A stretch of 63,436 nt of DNA, counting the filler, from Rhabdomonas costata (lineage: Eukaryota): NCBI GenBank assembly GCA_019059605.1. It is 34 parts of 34 records of this genome, joined end to end, with 100 filler letters (N's around TTAATTAATTAA, not from the genome) between each part and the next. Parts side by side here need not be neighbours in the genome. Positions count along the whole stretch, not along the records: positions 59,800 to 61,569 come from JAHMHO010009348.1; positions 61,670 to 63,436 come from JAHMHO010009349.1; 32 more parts are not named here. The stretch is one strand, 5' to 3'. The notes below the pieces were generated by a model. It had not been told where the DNA came from. It searched no databases and was given only the letters and a program-made list of their open reading frames with translations. Made by a program: the position numbers and the translations under genes. How positions within the stretch are numbered: position 1 is the first letter of the stretch; every line of letters begins with the position of its first letter. Of the stretch, positions 60,388 to 63,436 are shown piece by piece.

Positions 60388-61390
60388 CAGCGGCTGGACT
60401 TCCGGCATGCCGAGTGCAGCCTGCCTGGGCTGCTTTCCGTGGTGTCGTCGTTCACGCCGTTCTTCCAGTCCAACCCCAGCCCCAGGAACCTCTTCCAGTG
60501 CCAAATGGCGAAGCAGACCCTCGGCATGATGAGCCCCGCCCGCAGGTACCCTCTCTTTATCTCCCTCTCCCCATCCCTTGCCGTCGAATCTGACTTTTGC
60601 AGCTTGGTTTGAATTCCCATGGTGAAGCTCTGCGGAAACCTAAAGCAAACGGGAAAATGGTTCGGGTTCGGGTAAACTCTCTGCCTCAAACAGTTGGTGG
60701 GTTTGCGCGATCGATTGTCTGATCTGCTGTGTTATTTTCCCTTCTGTTTTTTTTTTCTGCTTTCTGGTTTCTGCTTTTGATTACCGTCAATTCAACAGTC
60801 AGAATTCATCCGAGGCCACCATTTGCCAACGCCTCCCCACCTACGCCACCACCACCCACCACCCAAATTTCCCATCGCATCCTCAGATGAATTCAAGTTT
60901 CTTGTGATCTAGTTCGTAATCTAACCCTCTGCCCAGTCCCAATTTCACAACCCAACCAAGTCCGATCTTGTCCCCTAGCGTTGCTAACCCCAATCCGTGC
61001 GTTCCTGAACTTAAATTGTGACCGAATGCCCTAACCATTCCCTGATATCTTTAATGTCAGCTTCAGAATCTTAGCCCACAAACCTCTTGCTCAGGAAAAT
61101 AGAACTTTGACATTATGATTTTTTTTGGGGGGGGGAAGACGCGAGTTTCCTGTTTTTGATTATTCGCGCCGCGTGAGGAGCATTCCCAGCGCAGCTTTCA
61201 TCGCTTGTCCACCTCCGCCCAACCACTTTTTGTACATAGCCTGCGGTATGACAACAAGTCCTACGAGCTGCGCTGCGGGCAGCGCCCCGTAGTGCAGACA
61301 GAGTCCTTCAGTGCGCTGGCAATGGACTCCCGCCCCACCGTCACCAACGCCGTGGTCGCCATCGCGGCCTACTCCGAGTACGACATGGAC
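60388..61390 (+). CDS. RPA2: RNA polymerase I second-largest subunit, internal exons
   Basis: Exons 60388-60545 and 61240-61390 give LLSVVSSFTPFFQSNPSPRNLFQCQMAKQTLG...|LRYDNKSYEL...QRPVV...TNAVVAIAAYSEYDMD. SPRNxxQCQMxKQ together with DNKxY is the Pol I pattern. Confidence 0.9.
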
Positions 61391-61551
61391 GTATACCCGC
61401 ACCCACCCACCACCCACACCATCACACTCTCCCGCACGGACATGCCCACATGGTTGCTCTCACAAAAAACACCGCAACCCAACTCAGCCAGGGGCCCGGA
61501 GGCTGCAGAGTGCGTGCTTCCCACGACTCCCGTGCAGCAAGACACCAACAC

Positions 61552-61569
61552 ACCAAACACACCCACCAC
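61552..61569 (-). other. WGA universal-primer remnant at contig end (example)
   Basis: ccaaacacacccaccac is nearly the reverse complement of TGTGTTGGGTGTGTTTGG. Similar remnants occur at 5609, 9348, 22310-22330, 24189-24201, 48591 and 52213-52226. Confidence 0.8.
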
Positions 61570-62127
61570 NNNNNNNNNNNNNNNNNNNNNNNNNNNNNNN
61601 NNNNNNNNNNNNNTTAATTAATTAANNNNNNNNNNNNNNNNNNNNNNNNNNNNNNNNNNNNNNNNNNNNGGGATAGCTAGGGTGGTGGCGGTAACGTTGC
61701 GGGTGATGGGCCGCAGCCAGGGTAGCGCGGCCTCCCAGTCGGGAGGTCGCAGGAAGGTCCCGCTGGCGTCCGCCAGGGAGCTCCCTTTGCCCCGAAGCTC
61801 CTTCCTATGAAGAGAGAAAGAGGAAATGCAGTCCATGTACTTTTCTCGACCACATCTCCATTTTCACATGAGTGTCGGCATTGCATTAAACATCCACAGC
61901 GCAACACAGTCCTGCACTACGGTGCTCGTAACAGACAAATGATTGGCACAGTGGTGAGAGTTCCCCGAGCCGCACGGCTTGATGCGGATTGGAAATTCAC
62001 CCCGCCATCAACAGTAGCATATGCACAACATATCTTCCCTCCTATTGAGCTCACAAACCACAAACCAGCTTTCTATTTGAAATTTGAAGAAGCACAGGCT
62101 GCAGCCGTCGTTTAGGGGGCCATGACA

Positions 62128-63029
62128 CTCTCCGATGTAGACGCGGGAGTTCAGATACTTACCAGTGGTGTATTTTTGCCCCCCTCCCCACTCTCCTGTA
62201 TCAAGCGGTCTGCCGTTTTGTGCCTTGTAATGCAGAATCAATGGGTGTGTGGTGGGGCGGGTCTCATGCCGCTTCTCCTTCAGCCTTCGTAACAAAAGGC
62301 GGGCCTTCTTGGAGCTCGTGCTGAGCCCCTTGTAGACGATCGCCAGCTTGTTGTCGTTGATCACCGGTGGAGCCATCGCAGCGGCCTGGAGCGACCCATC
62401 CACCGCACTCCACCATCAGCCCATCAAACTCCGGCACACGTTGACTGCAGAGTAGCTACAGAAAGCCGACAGAGGCTTTCGTTATCCCGGAGCGGTGAAC
62501 TTTCGGTTTTTTGTGCTTCCACTGGCTTTCTCGCGCTGCTCCCCGTGCAGTGAACACGAGGAGAGGGGAGGATAATCATTTTGGAAAAGGGGAAGCAGAA
62601 AGGAAGGTCGAGAAACGGGCTGGAGCAAGGCGGTGGATTGTAGGTCACGATCAACCCCTTCAACACCACCAAATACACTACTGAGGAAAAATTCAGACGC
62701 ACCCACTGGCTACGCCACCGCCAAACACCGCGCAGATGCCACCCACATATGACTGGCGTCTGGCAGTCCAGCAATTCCCCCCCCCCACACCATCTTCGCC
62801 AGGCGGGCGGTGCGGAAGCGGACGTAGGCCTTGGCCCGGCCCTCGTCCTCCTCTCGGGGCAGACACAGGTAGACATGCTCCACGGGGTCCGGTCCCAGCG
62901 CAGGGCACACGAAGGCCCTCTTCAGGCGGCTGGCCGGTGTATCCCGGGGCAGGTCCAGCACAAGCACGTCGCGCAGAGTCTCATGCTGGTAGACGTCGCT
63001 GCGTCGCGGCATCTCCGGAACCACTCCAA
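62128..63029 (-). CDS. RRM-containing protein, partial
   Basis: Exon 63029-62791 (VLVLDLP...AKAYVRFRTARLAKM), an exon from 62385 (AAAMAPPVINDNKLAIVY), then RVYIG, a likely second RRM beta-1 strand. Confidence 0.65.
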
Positions 63030-63436
63030 CTGTGCGGTGGGGGAAGGCGGGTGAATGGAGGCAAAATGGCAAGATTATCCCATCCTCACCTCAAATCCGA
63101 TAGATCCAATTTTCGGCGGTCAAACCGTATCTACCCTCCGTGGTGATGCAAGTTGTTGCTGGAGGGTGCAATAATTGCTCGACTCTGGGGAGAACTCAAG
63201 CGAGGTGGCTGTTTCAACATTGGGGATGCACTTTCGAAAGAGAAAGACAAAAGGTTTTTGAAGGAAAGAAAAGCCCTATGCAGGAACAGACCCAAACCTA
63301 CCGCCAGCCCTCCCCTCTTCCAATCCTTCCCAGAAAGTGATCATACAATTCTGGAACGCCGCCATCCTGCGCTCCACGGGGTCCACCACCTTGGCCTGGG
63401 CCTTCTGCTGCCTCAACCGCTTAGAATCTACGAAGA

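Noticed and set aside
1771-61669. Regularly spaced TTAATTAATTAA motif as a CRISPR-like or biological repeat array
   Set aside because: It is embedded in fixed N-runs and is a synthetic six-frame-stop linker.

Overview
This window is not a contiguous locus. It is 34 unrelated contigs of about 1.77 kb each, joined by 33 artificial 100-nt linkers (N44-TTAATTAATTAA-N44), so gene neighbourhood across linkers means nothing. Contig ends carry G/T-only or A/C-only remnants resembling the GenomePlex-type WGA primer, and several have terminal fold-backs, which points to amplified low-input or single-cell DNA. The source is an intron-rich, flagellated eukaryote (IFT139 and HYDIN fragments). It is most plausibly a euglenozoan, an inference from the RPA2 motif variants and one candidate euglenid-style non-conventional intron. 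Hand splicing recovers partial genes for Sec24, PMS2, APC10, RPA2, two PROPPINs (ATG18/WIPI), IFT139, HYDIN, a SPINDLY-like TPR protein, AGC and TKL kinases, a DEAD-box helicase, an APC amino-acid permease, a CysM-type cysteine synthase, a presequence-bearing OsmC, a CheY-like receiver protein and the 5' half of an APE-type LINE. The strongest signal concerns splicing: a 343-nt intron (about 7697-8039, minus strand) with no canonical boundaries in any register and base-paired ends, two well-supported GC-AG introns, and hints that ordinary GT-AG introns also pair end to end. All family assignments come from recalled motifs; no database search was run.
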